Assembly (NCBI GenBank): GCA_944376605.1
Contig: CALWDE010000010.1
Location: 5,287-69,286, forward strand
Direction of reading: 5' to 3'
Origin: an uncultured Bacilli bacterium
GTDB taxonomy: Bacteria; Bacillota_I; Bacilli_A; RFN20; CAG-826
Length of the DNA stretch: 64,000 nt
The notes below the pieces were generated by a model, which saw only the letters and a list, made by a program, of their open reading frames with translations, made no database searches and was not told where the DNA came from. The stretch's first letter is position 1; the number at the start of each line of letters is the position of its first letter. The position numbers and the translations under genes were made by a program. This document shows positions 35,546 to 47,843 of the stretch, piece after piece.

Positions 35546-37744
35546 TCAGCAATCGAGCGGATCTACATCGATATCGTAGGTAATTCCGAGCTTAATAAAA
35601 GAATCCGCAATCTCTTTGAGCCGCTTTTTTAAATAAGACATATCTTTGCCAGAAATTAAAAGACTCTTGCGATATCTTCCATCCACTTCTTTATAAAATG
35701 ATTCAATAGGACCTAGATATCTTGTAAATGGTATTTGTTCTTTCTCCAATTCTTCTTTGGTGAAAATGATTGCTTCTTCTGCTTTTTCTAAATGTTTTGA
35801 TAAATAAGAAAGCAAGATTAAGTAGCGATAGGGAGGGTTTCCTCCTTCTTTTCTTACCCGCATTTCTTCCCTAAAAAAGGTTTCATAATCTTGCATCGCT
35901 CCAAGACGGATAGCAGAAAAGCGAGGATTAAAGGTTTGAACAAGAGCTTCTCCTTCAATTTTCGCGCGCCCTGCTCTCCCAATCATTTGGCAAACCAAAT
36001 TAAAAACTCTTTCTGCGCTTCGATATCCAGGAATCATAAGACCAATATCAGCATCTACAAGTGCGCTAAGACCAACATCAGGAAAATCGTGACCTTTAGC
36101 AATCATTTGCGTTCCCACTAAGATATCTAGTTTATGTTCTCTGAAGTCTTTTAAAACTTCCTCCATTCTCTTTTTTGATGAAGCAACATCGGAATCAAGT
36201 CTTGCCACTTTCGCTTCAGGAAAAAGCCGCTTAATTTCTTCATCAAGCCTTTCGGTGCCATAACCCACTCGACGAAAGTTTTTTTGATGACAATCTGGAC
36301 AAAAGGAAGGATATAGTTCCACATGGCCGCAGTGGTGACACTTTAATAAAGAATCTTCTTTATGAAAGGTTAAAGAAGCACCACAATTTGGGCAGATCCA
36401 CAAATGCCCACACGTTGCGCATTCTACTCCGACCCAGTATCCTCGCCGATTAAGAAGCAGCAAACATTGCTCTTTTTTCTCTAATTTTTCTTTTATTTTA
36501 ATCGCTAAAGGACGAGAAATCTTTTTGCTATCTTTTAGGCGAGAAGAAGGAAGTTTCATATCAATGATTGTGGCGGAAGGAAGAGGTTTCCCAGATACTC
36601 TTTCTTTCATTTCCGTGTAACCATATACGCCTTTTAAAGCACGAGCCTTACTCTCTAAAGAAGGAGTAGCAGAGCCAAGAACAAGTTTTGCTTTCTCTTT
36701 TTCTGCCCGCCATATTGCGACTTCTCTTGCGTGATAATGAGGGGCATTTTCTTGTTTATAACTATCCACATGTTCTTCATCTAGAATGATCAAAGAAATG
36801 TTAGGAAGCGGGGCAAAAACTGCACTTCTTGCTCCAATCACAATAGGAGCATCTCCTCTTCTAATTCGGCGATAAGCGTCATATCTTTCACCATCAGAAA
36901 GTTCACTATGAAGCACCGCTACCTTATCCCCAAAACGATGCTCAAAATATTCCACCATCCTTGGAGTTAGATTGATCTCAGGCACAAGCATTAAAACATT
37001 GCCTCCTCTTTCCAAAAAATATTCAGATAAATGAAGGTAAACTTCTGTTTTACCAGAGCCTGTTACACCCTGAAGAAGAATGACATTTTTATCTGAGGCA
37101 AGAATATCTTCATAAGCTTTTTGCTGAAAAGGAAGCAGAGGATAAGAAGGCTCAAGTTCTCCTTCAAATTTCTTTTTTCTTTCCACCTCTATTAAAGAAA
37201 TTCGGCAGCGCTTTTTATCGATACATCCTTTTAAGGCTGAGACGGATGGTACTCTTTTTGCCGCGATAGGACCATGCTGCAAAAGACGCATCAATTCGAT
37301 TTGCTTTGGTGTTAATCCCTCTTCTTCTAACGAAAGAGGTTCCACAATCCTCTCATAAGCAATTTTTGGTTTTTTTAATGAAGAAGAACGAGGGGATAAA
37401 GAAGGCGGTAACATCGCTTGAAGTACCGTAATAAAACTCGCCATATAGTAGGAAGAAATTTTTCTAGCAAGCGTAATTAATTTTTCGTCCAAAATAGGAG
37501 ATTCATCAACAATATTCTTTTCGTTTAATACGATAAGAGAAAAACCGAATCGCTTTTCAATATCTTCGCGATTCTCGTCTACTTTTTCTATTTTTTCGAC
37601 AAAACCAATAAGATTTTTGCCGTGAAAGGGAACACGAACACGAACATAAGGAAGCAATTCTATCTTCCCTTCATATAGATAAGTAAAAGCGTTATCTAAT
37701 GCTCTAGTCCCTCTTTCAATTAATACGGAAACAATAACCATCAA
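35546..37744 (-). CDS. priA: primosomal replication protein N' (PriA helicase)
   Basis: It has Walker A LLQGVTGSGKTEVY, a DEEH box and the Zn-finger insert CATCGH...CPNCG...CHHCG...CPDC. The start is TTG at 37744 or ATG at 37741. Confidence 0.9.
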   Translation of the reverse strand: MMVIVSVLIERGTRALDNAFTYLYEGKIELLPYVRVRVPFHGKNLIGFVEKIEKVDENREDIEKRFGFSLIVLNEKNIVDESPILDEKLITLARKISSYYMASFITVLQAMLPPSLSPRSSSLKKPKIAYERIVEPLSLEEEGLTPKQIELMRLLQHGPIAAKRVPSVSALKGCIDKKRCRISLIEVERKKKFEGELEPSYPLLPFQQKAYEDILASDKNVILLQGVTGSGKTEVYLHLSEYFLERGGNVLMLVPEINLTPRMVEYFEHRFGDKVAVLHSELSDGERYDAYRRIRRGDAPIVIGARSAVFAPLPNISLIILDEEHVDSYKQENAPHYHAREVAIWRAEKEKAKLVLGSATPSLESKARALKGVYGYTEMKERVSGKPLPSATIIDMKLPSSRLKDSKKISRPLAIKIKEKLEKKEQCLLLLNRRGYWVGVECATCGHLWICPNCGASLTFHKEDSLLKCHHCGHVELYPSFCPDCHQKNFRRVGYGTERLDEEIKRLFPEAKVARLDSDVASSKKRMEEVLKDFREHKLDILVGTQMIAKGHDFPDVGLSALVDADIGLMIPGYRSAERVFNLVCQMIGRAGRAKIEGEALVQTFNPRFSAIRLGAMQDYETFFREEMRVRKEGGNPPYRYLILLSYLSKHLEKAEEAIIFTKEELEKEQIPFTRYLGPIESFYKEVDGRYRKSLLISGKDMSYLKKRLKEIADSFIKLGITYDIDVDPLDC

Positions 37745-37761
37745 ATAAAGTATAACGAAAC

Positions 37762-38376
37762 TTATTTGGAATGTTTCAAAATCTCGTTATGAATAATACG
37801 AATAATTTGCTGGGCACAATCTTCTAAAGTGTCATTAATCACACGATATTGATAATGCTCCGATAGTTTTAATTCTGCTTTTGCCTGCTTTAAACGCTCC
37901 TGAATGGCAGCTTCGCATTCGGTACACCTTCCCCGGATTCTTCTTTCTAATTCTTCAATAGAAGGAGGGAGAATAAAAATAGAAACAGGTTTTTCCTTTT
38001 GCTTTTTCATGGCACGCATAACTTGCTGCGCCCCATTGATTTCAATTTCAAGAAGAACGTTTTTTCCTTCATTACGAAGCTTTTCTACATAATCTTTTGG
38101 AGTCCCATAACTATGCTTTACAAAGTGCGTAAATTCGAGAAGTTGTCCTTCTTTAATTCTTTGTTTGAATTCTTTTTCACTAACAAAAAAGTAGTCTTTT
38201 CCATCTACTTCCCCTTCTCTAGGCTTTCTAGTAGTTAAAGAAACAGAATAGGCAAGATTAAGAGTCTGATCTTCCATCACTTTTTGACGGACAGTTCCTT
38301 TGCCAACACCAGAAGGGCCAGAAAGTATGATTAAAAGACCTTTGTTAATCATATTATGGCGATTATATGCCGCCAC
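37762..38376 (-). CDS. gmk: guanylate kinase
   Basis: It has LIILSGPSGVGKGT and a TTRKPREGEVDGKDYFF motif. The start is GTG at 38376 (GAAGG RBS) or ATG at 38352. Confidence 0.9.
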   Translation of the reverse strand: MAAYNRHNMINKGLLIILSGPSGVGKGTVRQKVMEDQTLNLAYSVSLTTRKPREGEVDGKDYFFVSEKEFKQRIKEGQLLEFTHFVKHSYGTPKDYVEKLRNEGKNVLLEIEINGAQQVMRAMKKQKEKPVSIFILPPSIEELERRIRGRCTECEAAIQERLKQAKAELKLSEHYQYRVINDTLEDCAQQIIRIIHNEILKHSK

Positions 38377-38462
38377 AAAGAAGCCTTCAACTTGTAGAAG
38401 ATATCTTTCCTATTTGCTTCTCTTTATTGAGTTTCCCTTAAAAAGCGATTTAATGAATTTAT

Positions 38463-39881
38463 ATGGCGCTTAGTGAAAAAGAAATTGGACAATATCTTCC
38501 TTATTTAAAGGAAGCATTAGAAGGAAAAAGAATCTTAAAAGTTGCACTTTATGACGACCGCGCTTTTTATTTTGATATACAAGGATATGGGGATAATCGT
38601 TTGGCGATTATTTTAGATGACCGCGATCCTCGCATCTATTTAGCAGAAAGAATCGAACGCTTTAAATCACTAGAAACCAAGTTTTATGAGCAGATGAAAA
38701 AGGAAGTAAACTCTTCCATTATTTTGAATATAGAGGAGCTCAATGAAGACAGAATTCTTTGCTTCCGCTTACGGATTATCAATCAAGTATTTAAAGAAGA
38801 AATTCGTTATCTTGTTTTTGAGATGATTCCCCTACACGTGAATCTTGTTGTACTCGATGAGCAGAAAAAGATTATTACTTCTTTCCGCCCAGGATCGCTG
38901 CAAGATACTAGACCTCTTTTAAGAGGACTCCCCTACACGCTGCCTCATAAGCCAGAAAGAAAAAGCCTAAAAGAAGAAACAAACTGGAATACTAAATCCT
39001 ACCTTTTAATGTGTTTAGAAAAAGAAAAACAAATTCAAGATAAAAGGAAGAAAGAACTCTTTGGTCCTCTTCTTAAAAGCATCGAAAAAAGAATTAAGCA
39101 GTTGGAACGGAAAAAGGAGAGGCTTGAAGAACAAGCAAAAGAAGCGGCAAATCACTTAAATGATGGAGAAATTGGAAATCTCATATACACCTATTTTGAT
39201 GACATTGCAAAAGGATCCGATCATTATGAAATCGACGGATATGTAATAAAACTAGATCCTAGAAAATCACTTTCCGAAAATGCGGAAATGTATTTTAAAA
39301 GAGCAAAAAAGGCAAAAGAAACTCTCCGCTATACAAAACAGTTTTTGGAGAATGCGGAAGAGGAAAAACAAGAACTTGAGGCGAGTTTTGCGCAGTTAAT
39401 TGCCTCAGACGAGTCTGGCTTAGAACTTTTATCGAAAGATTTAGGAATCACGCCTTTGCCAGGAAGAAAAGGCAGAGAAAAATTAGCATTAACTTCTTCA
39501 ACCTTGCCCTATATGGTTTCCTACAAAGGGGTCAATTATTTGTATGGCAAAAATGCAAAACAAAATGATTGTCTTACTTTCTTATATTGTACGGCACGTA
39601 ATCATGCTTGGCTTCATGTCTTAGGGGATAGTGGAGCGCACCTTATTATTAAAAAAGACTATCCTAGCGAAGAAGAGAAGCGGTTTGGAGCTGAACTTGC
39701 TTTGCTAGCTTCGTCGAAAGAAGATGGGGATGTAATGTGCACTCCGCGTAAATTTGTAAATAAAGGCCCTAATTCAGGCCAAGTGAAAGTAAAAGAATTT
39801 GAAACAATTCATATTAAAGAAATTCGTCAAGAAACTCGGGATGCTTTTTCACAGTCTGTAAGATGGATACCAAATCATTAA
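38463..39881 (+). CDS. rqcH: NFACT family protein (RqcH/FbpA-like ribosome quality control factor)
   Basis: It has an NFACT-N-like N-terminus, a central K/E-rich coiled coil and a C-terminal NFACT-R/DUF814 pattern (YGKNAKQNDCLTF...AWLHVLGDSGAHLIIK). It is divergent from gmk, as yloA is in B. subtilis. Confidence 0.65.
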   Translation: MALSEKEIGQYLPYLKEALEGKRILKVALYDDRAFYFDIQGYGDNRLAIILDDRDPRIYLAERIERFKSLETKFYEQMKKEVNSSIILNIEELNEDRILCFRLRIINQVFKEEIRYLVFEMIPLHVNLVVLDEQKKIITSFRPGSLQDTRPLLRGLPYTLPHKPERKSLKEETNWNTKSYLLMCLEKEKQIQDKRKKELFGPLLKSIEKRIKQLERKKERLEEQAKEAANHLNDGEIGNLIYTYFDDIAKGSDHYEIDGYVIKLDPRKSLSENAEMYFKRAKKAKETLRYTKQFLENAEEEKQELEASFAQLIASDESGLELLSKDLGITPLPGRKGREKLALTSSTLPYMVSYKGVNYLYGKNAKQNDCLTFLYCTARNHAWLHVLGDSGAHLIIKKDYPSEEEKRFGAELALLASSKEDGDVMCTPRKFVNKGPNSGQVKVKEFETIHIKEIRQETRDAFSQSVRWIPNH

Positions 39882-40660
39882 TACAAATAGGGCAGAAGTT
39901 AAACGGAGGATTATCAAACGAAATCTACCGCTTAAAAGGAGATAAAATTTTGCGCGTTAAAAGAAACTCTGATCCCTATTTTTATAATGCTGAAACAGAA
40001 TTAACTGCACAAAGATACGCTTCAGAAATTTCTCTTGCTCCCTGCATTTTTGATTGCAATAGTAATGGCGACTTATTAATGGAAGAAGTGCATGGGCACC
40101 CATTTCATTATCAAGAAGAAAAAAGATATTTTTCTCTTCTCTCCTTAATTACAAAAATCCACTCTCTTCCTTTGCTTCCTGTTTCTTTTTCGCCTATAGA
40201 AAGAGTTTTAACTTATCGCGTAAGCGACTTTTCAAAGAAAGAAGAGCAGTGCCTTCTTTGGGCAAAATCCTTTTTTCAAAATACAGATTCTTTCGTTTTT
40301 TCTCATAATGATTTAGTGCCAGGAAATCTTCTAGAAAAAGATGACGGAACCTATATGCTTATTGATTTTGAATTTGCTGGTAACAATCATCCTTATTTCG
40401 ATTTTGTTTCTTTTTTTACAGAAGGTGATAGTGCCTTAAGAAAAGAAATAAAACCTGCCTTTTCTTTCCTTTTAGGAGAGAGAAAGTGCAATGAAGAATG
40501 GAACAATATTGTTTTTCTGACTGCCTTTGAAGATTTGCTATGGCGAGAATGGGCAAAAAGAAGATATCATCAAACAAAAAATGACACTTTTCTTTTTATT
40601 GCAAAAGAAAAGGATGCATTTTTACAGAAAGAGTTAAGTCGGATATTCAAGGACAAATAA
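39863..40660 (+). CDS. choline/ethanolamine-kinase-like phosphotransferase (APH family)
   Basis: It has the Brenner/APH motifs FSHNDLVPGNLL and MLIDFEFAGNNHPYFDF. Confidence 0.6.
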   Translation: MDTKSLIQIGQKLNGGLSNEIYRLKGDKILRVKRNSDPYFYNAETELTAQRYASEISLAPCIFDCNSNGDLLMEEVHGHPFHYQEEKRYFSLLSLITKIHSLPLLPVSFSPIERVLTYRVSDFSKKEEQCLLWAKSFFQNTDSFVFSHNDLVPGNLLEKDDGTYMLIDFEFAGNNHPYFDFVSFFTEGDSALRKEIKPAFSFLLGERKCNEEWNNIVFLTAFEDLLWREWAKRRYHQTKNDTFLFIAKEKDAFLQKELSRIFKDK

Positions 40661-40679
40661 ACTCTCTAAAATAAGTTTT

Positions 40680-41450
40680 ATGAAAAAGGGCTTAACGAGT
40701 ATTCTACTTATCGGAATTACATCTATCTTCTTGCCTTCTTGTGCAGGAGGAGATGCTCCCTATTGCATTTATCAAAATCCAACTATCGTTGATGCACCAA
40801 ATACATATCAAGATGTATGTATCGAAGTGACTGGTTCAGAAATCATTAGCATGTTAGAAGATGATAAAGATGTTCTTTTTCTTTTTTCCAGCGATGATTG
40901 CTCCCATTGCGCCTTCTTTGAAGAAGATTTTACGCGTGTAATTAAAGAAACTCTTGCGGAATGTTATTTGATTCATCTTACCGAAGATAATTATGTTGAA
41001 TATCAAAACTCTGTCCGTTTACTCGAAGAATATTTTGATGAAGATTTAGGTGCAACTCCTGCCGTATATGTTGGAAGTGGAAATACATTAACAACCATTA
41101 CTTATGGTTCTACCTCTTATAGTGAATTCCGCGCAACACTTACTCACTATGTAGATATCAATCCTAATGTCTCTATCTTGCCAAGTATCGAAAGCTATGA
41201 ACAAGAAAAAGATAATGTGAATGCCCTACTTGCCTCAACCTATTCTCTAGGGCTTAACTCCTTCTTGCCTAACTATAATTTTAAAAATATTAACACCCCA
41301 ATTTATGTTTCGTATTTTGCAGAAGAATTAATGCCGTCTAGTCCGCTTCAAGCCTATTTTTTGCAAAATAACAAAACATATTCATCAAATGATGAAACTT
41401 TTTATAGAGAATTAGAAACGTATCTAAATATCACAATATCAGAAAAATAG
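40680..41450 (+). CDS. lipoprotein with thioredoxin-like CxxC segment
   Basis: It has the signal MKKGLTSILLIGITSIFLPSC (lipobox L-P-S-C) and VLFLFSSDDCSHCAFFEEDF, which resembles a Trx-fold active site. Confidence 0.5.
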   Translation: MKKGLTSILLIGITSIFLPSCAGGDAPYCIYQNPTIVDAPNTYQDVCIEVTGSEIISMLEDDKDVLFLFSSDDCSHCAFFEEDFTRVIKETLAECYLIHLTEDNYVEYQNSVRLLEEYFDEDLGATPAVYVGSGNTLTTITYGSTSYSEFRATLTHYVDINPNVSILPSIESYEQEKDNVNALLASTYSLGLNSFLPNYNFKNINTPIYVSYFAEELMPSSPLQAYFLQNNKTYSSNDETFYRELETYLNITISEK

Positions 41451-41455
41451 AGGGA

Positions 41456-42688
41456 TTATTGCTTAGATTTTGCTCTTTCCCGAACAAAATGATCAAAAGC
41501 AATTCCATCCTCATAGTTTTGGAATTTTGCGTAGTAATACTCATCCCCCATACAAAGAGCTAGATGTTCTGGGTAACGCCCCATCATGCAAATATAAGGA
41601 TGATATTTTTCCATAATTTCTTGCTGGGTATGAGCATACGAAATGACATCTTTTCTGCTGCAAGCAAAAGCGTAATATTTTGGCTTATTCATATCTTGCC
41701 GGTTTTCGTCATAAGCAATGATGTCAGCATAAATTTCATAGCAAGACACACTGTTGGCGTAATCCATTAAATCGGGCGTGTAACCGCCTGGAGTTCTCAT
41801 GTTGCACTCTAAAGCAACAAATTCGCCTTTTTTTGCAAATCCAGGACGATCTTTACTAAGAAGAAAGAACTCAATATGAAAGGGTCTTTGCTTAATGCCA
41901 AACGCTTTTACTACATTTCTTCCAACGCGGTCAAACTCTTCTCCGTTTAAATCATAGAATGGGAGAGAAAAGGGATTCGTATAATAAAAATCATCCACGT
42001 TATCATTCACTACCGTTGCGACAGCAATAGGAAAATGATCACTTGTCGAAAAAACGACGTTACTATGCGAATCGCAGAAGCCGTCATAAGAAACAATACT
42101 TCCTTCGATATACTCTTCCATGATGTAAGTTTCTTCCAGTGGACCGCGTAAAAAATTCCGAATATCGCTTTCTGTTTCGAGTGAAAAAGAATCGGAAGCT
42201 CCAACTCCAACATTTGGTTTTACAAACACGGGGTAGCCGACTTGATTTGCAAATTGAAGGGCGGCATCTAAATTTTCAGGGCCATCTACAAGCATATAAC
42301 GCATTGTTTTTGCCCCGCCCCTTTCAAAGCAAGCCTTCATTTCACTTTTGGCTTTAATTTTCATCATCTCACTAGGATAAAAACCTGTGTGAACATCCAT
42401 TGCCTCACGCAGCTTAGCATCCTGCATAAGCCACCACTCATTATTACTTTCGATATAATCAATTTTTCCGTATTTTCTTTCAAAATAACGGCAACCTGCC
42501 AAAACCGAATCAAAATCGGATAAATCTTTTACAAAATAATATTCTGTTGCGGCCTTTCTTAAACGAGGATGAAGATCCCAGTGTGGACTATCCCCGATTA
42601 CAAAAACTAGTATCCCATGTCCTCTAAGAGATTCCACCCACTTAAAGTTTCTTACTGGGAAGTTTGCAGAGATAAAAATGAAATTCAT
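41456..42688 (-). CDS. ATP-grasp domain protein (carboxylate-amine ligase type), substrate unknown
   Basis: GYPVFVKPNVGVGASDS, IMEEYIEG and ECNMRTPGG are ATP-grasp motifs. The ATG at 42688 (MNFIFIS...) avoids overlap with atpC; the track start at 42757 is upstream. Confidence 0.65.
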   Translation of the reverse strand: MNFIFISANFPVRNFKWVESLRGHGILVFVIGDSPHWDLHPRLRKAATEYYFVKDLSDFDSVLAGCRYFERKYGKIDYIESNNEWWLMQDAKLREAMDVHTGFYPSEMMKIKAKSEMKACFERGGAKTMRYMLVDGPENLDAALQFANQVGYPVFVKPNVGVGASDSFSLETESDIRNFLRGPLEETYIMEEYIEGSIVSYDGFCDSHSNVVFSTSDHFPIAVATVVNDNVDDFYYTNPFSLPFYDLNGEEFDRVGRNVVKAFGIKQRPFHIEFFLLSKDRPGFAKKGEFVALECNMRTPGGYTPDLMDYANSVSCYEIYADIIAYDENRQDMNKPKYYAFACSRKDVISYAHTQQEIMEKYHPYICMMGRYPEHLALCMGDEYYYAKFQNYEDGIAFDHFVRERAKSKQ

Positions 42689-42731
42689 AACAAGATACCC
42701 TTGATGAATTATAACGATTTGAAAATAGATT

Positions 42732-42997
42732 TTAAGAAAGAGAGCAAAAGGAAACACTCCATAGAGTTATTTTGTCTGGATCTACAAGACAAAACCCCTC
42801 TTCAGCAAGATAAGTTTTCTCCCCTTCTGGTAAATAAATATGTACTTTCGCTTTTTTGGGAAGACGCGCTAAAAAGGTGTCATGATTTGGCGTAATTCCT
42901 ACTGGACCAGAAACAGTATCCACGTATAAAAGCGTCGCTTCTCCTTTGGTAATTAAACCTTGTGGAGTAAGAAGAGCAAAAGGAAGAATTTCTTTCA

Positions 42998-42998
<1 letters not shown>
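42732..42998 (-). CDS. atpC: F1 ATP synthase epsilon subunit, N-terminal beta-sandwich only
   Basis: It lies directly after atpD with an overlap at 42998. The 88 aa product has the epsilon N-domain pattern (LTPQG...GPVGITPNHD). No C-terminal helical hairpin is encoded. Confidence 0.65.
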
Positions 42999-45251
<2,253 letters not shown>

Positions 45252-45253
45252 AA

Positions 45254-46759
45254 CTAAGCTTTAAAGAAAGAGAGTGCTTCTTCTATCCCTTTCTTTAACT
45301 CCTCCTCACTTTCTTTATCAATTTGATGCATTTGATTGATTTTCTTCAGCAAATCCCCCTTCGATCTTCTGATTTCCGAAATCATCTCTTTTAAGAAAGA
45401 TACAACTTCATCCTTTTCTACCTTGTCTAAATAACCGTGTTCTAAAGCAAATAAGGTAAGAATTTCATCTTGCTCAGATAGAGGTTCCCCGTTTCTCTGC
45501 TTTAAAGCTTCCATCGCGCGGTCACCATGATGAAGGATTTTTCTTGTCGATTCATCCAAATCAGAACCAAACTGGGCAAAAGACAAATTTTCTTGATAAT
45601 TTGCAATGCTCATTTTTAAGGATCGAGAAACTTGTTTCATGGCTTTTGTTTGGGCAGAAGAGCCAACACGAGATACCGATAAACCTATATCAATAGCAGG
45701 CCTTTGTCCGGAAGCAAACGCCGAACTATCTAAAAAGATTTGTCCGTCTGTAATGGAAATAATATTGGTTGGAATATAGGCGCTGATATCACCAGCCTGC
45801 GTTTCAACAATCGGAAGTGCCGTAATGGAGCCACCACCTCTACTCTCCTTTAATCGGCATGCTCTTTCTAATAAACGCGAATGTAAATAGAAAATATCAC
45901 CGGGATATGCTTCTCTACCGGGAGAGCGTCTCAGTAATAAAGACAAAGCGCGGTAAGAGACTGCATGTTTACTTAAGTCATCAAAAATAATGAGAACATC
46001 TTCTCCTTTTTCAAGCCAGTACTCTGCCATAGCCATACCTGCAAAAGGAGCAATATATAAAATGGGAGCCTCTTCAGAAGCAGATGCATTCACTACTAAA
46101 GTGTAATCCATCGCACCTTTTTTCCTGAGCAAATCTACAAAATCCGCAACCGAACTATTCTTTTGTCCAATTGCAACATAAATACATTTTACTCCCTCTC
46201 CTTTTTGAGAAATAATCGCATCCATTGCTAGGGAGGTTTTTCCTGTTTGGCGATCGCCAATAATGAGTTCTCTTTGCCCTCTACCAATAGGAATCATCGA
46301 GTCAATTGCTTTAATTCCAGTATGAAGAGGATGATCAACCGATTTTCTTTCCATTACGCCAGGAGCAATCCGTTCAATCGGGCGCATAGCGTCACCATGA
46401 ATTGGTCCTTTTCCGTCTAAAGGTTCTCCAAGAGGAGATACAACACGGCCTAAAAGTTCATCACCAACGACAGTTTCAATCACTCGGCGAGTTCTTCTTG
46501 CATAATCTCCCTCTTTTAAAAGTTCTCCTCCCTTTAAAAGAGCAACACCGATTTCTTCTTCATCCAAATTCATGACAAGCCCTTCTGCATCATGTGGAAA
46601 GTGAATTAATTCCCCCATCATCACATCGGGTAAGCCATATACGCGCGCAATACCATCACCAATGGAAAGGATAGTCCCCTCTTCAGAGGTTTCCACTTTA
46701 CCGGCAAAAGACTCAATTTCTTTTTTTAGAAGTAAAGCTAAATTATCTTGTTTTCCCAT
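45254..46759 (-). CDS. atpA: F1 ATP synthase alpha subunit
   Basis: It has Walker A GDRQTGKT and the pattern IFDDLSKHAVSYRALSLLLRRSPGREAYPGD. Confidence 0.95.
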   Translation of the reverse strand: MGKQDNLALLLKKEIESFAGKVETSEEGTILSIGDGIARVYGLPDVMMGELIHFPHDAEGLVMNLDEEEIGVALLKGGELLKEGDYARRTRRVIETVVGDELLGRVVSPLGEPLDGKGPIHGDAMRPIERIAPGVMERKSVDHPLHTGIKAIDSMIPIGRGQRELIIGDRQTGKTSLAMDAIISQKGEGVKCIYVAIGQKNSSVADFVDLLRKKGAMDYTLVVNASASEEAPILYIAPFAGMAMAEYWLEKGEDVLIIFDDLSKHAVSYRALSLLLRRSPGREAYPGDIFYLHSRLLERACRLKESRGGGSITALPIVETQAGDISAYIPTNIISITDGQIFLDSSAFASGQRPAIDIGLSVSRVGSSAQTKAMKQVSRSLKMSIANYQENLSFAQFGSDLDESTRKILHHGDRAMEALKQRNGEPLSEQDEILTLFALEHGYLDKVEKDEVVSFLKEMISEIRRSKGDLLKKINQMHQIDKESEEELKKGIEEALSFFKA

Positions 46760-47291
46760 ATATGTCCCCTTTCATCAGGTGCTTTTTTAATAAGCGCGCT
46801 TTTTCTTTTAATGAACCATCGTATCTTCTATCTTTTAAGGCAACGCAAATTCCTCCTCTTAAAGAAGGATCAAGGCGATTTTCTAGGTGAATGACTTTTC
46901 CGCCTTTTTCTTGAAGAGCATTTTCAAGCGAAGCTACCTCTTCTTTTTCTAATGGACGAACACTCCAAACAATTCCTCTTTCAACTCCCTCTTCTTCATC
47001 AATAAGCGCTTCTACACTTTCTTTGATTTGAGAGAAAAGTGATAATTTTCTTTTAGTCGCTAAAAGAAGAAGCAAGGCATGAAGTGGAGGAAAGGTGATT
47101 TCTTGAAAGAGAATAGAAGCAATCTTATAACGTCCTTCTTTGCCAATTCGAGGAGAATTTAAATAGGGGTAGCACTCTTCCTTTTCTAGTAATTTCCCTG
47201 CTAAAACTAAGTTCTTTTTTAAGATTTCTGCATGGCCTTTGCTTAAATCATGAAGTGCAGAAGCATAGCTATTTGCAAGAGAATCATTCAT
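46743..47291 (-). CDS. atpH: F1 ATP synthase delta subunit
   Basis: It lies between atpF and atpA, is ~180 aa long and has an OSCP-like pattern (YASALHDL...). Confidence 0.75.
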   Translation of the reverse strand: MNDSLANSYASALHDLSKGHAEILKKNLVLAGKLLEKEECYPYLNSPRIGKEGRYKIASILFQEITFPPLHALLLLLATKRKLSLFSQIKESVEALIDEEEGVERGIVWSVRPLEKEEVASLENALQEKGGKVIHLENRLDPSLRGGICVALKDRRYDGSLKEKARLLKKHLMKGDIYGKTR

Positions 47292-47829
47292 CTTTCTTTT
47301 CTCCTAAATCTTTGGCAAAAGATGCGACAAGTTTTTTGTCGAGATTAGAATCCATTTTCTCGTCCACAAGTTTTTCTGCCATAAGAAGAGCAAGATCAAC
47401 CGTTTCACTTCGCAAAGCAGCACGGGTTTTTTCTTCTTCTTGATGAAGTTCTTCAAGAGCGCGTGCCTTCTTTTCTTTTAATTCAGTTTCTGCTTTTTGC
47501 AGCATTTCCTCTTTTAATTTAACGCCCTCTTCTTCCCCTTTTTGGCGAATCAAAGAAGCTTCTGTTTTCGCTTCCGAAACAATGTTTCTTGTTTCTTTTT
47601 CTCTCTCTTCACCAATCTTTTTTAGACGTTCCCCTTCTTGCATTTCCTCTTGTACTTTATGTCTTCTTGCCTCAATTAGTTTTTTAACTGGCTTATAGGC
47701 AATAAAATAAAGGACCACAAAGAAAACAATCAAAGCAAGAAGATTAATGAGTAAACTCCAAAAATTAGGAATTAGTTTATTCAAAAAATCTTCGGGACTA
47801 AAAGGCGTGCTATTAACAAATAAAGGCAT
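47284..47829 (-). CDS. atpF: Fo ATP synthase b subunit
   Basis: It has a single N-terminal TM helix followed by a long K/E-rich helix. The assignment also rests on operon position. Confidence 0.75.
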   Translation of the reverse strand: MPLFVNSTPFSPEDFLNKLIPNFWSLLINLLALIVFFVVLYFIAYKPVKKLIEARRHKVQEEMQEGERLKKIGEEREKETRNIVSEAKTEASLIRQKGEEEGVKLKEEMLQKAETELKEKKARALEELHQEEEKTRAALRSETVDLALLMAEKLVDEKMDSNLDKKLVASFAKDLGEKKDE

Positions 47830-47843
47830 GTTCCTTTGCTTTC

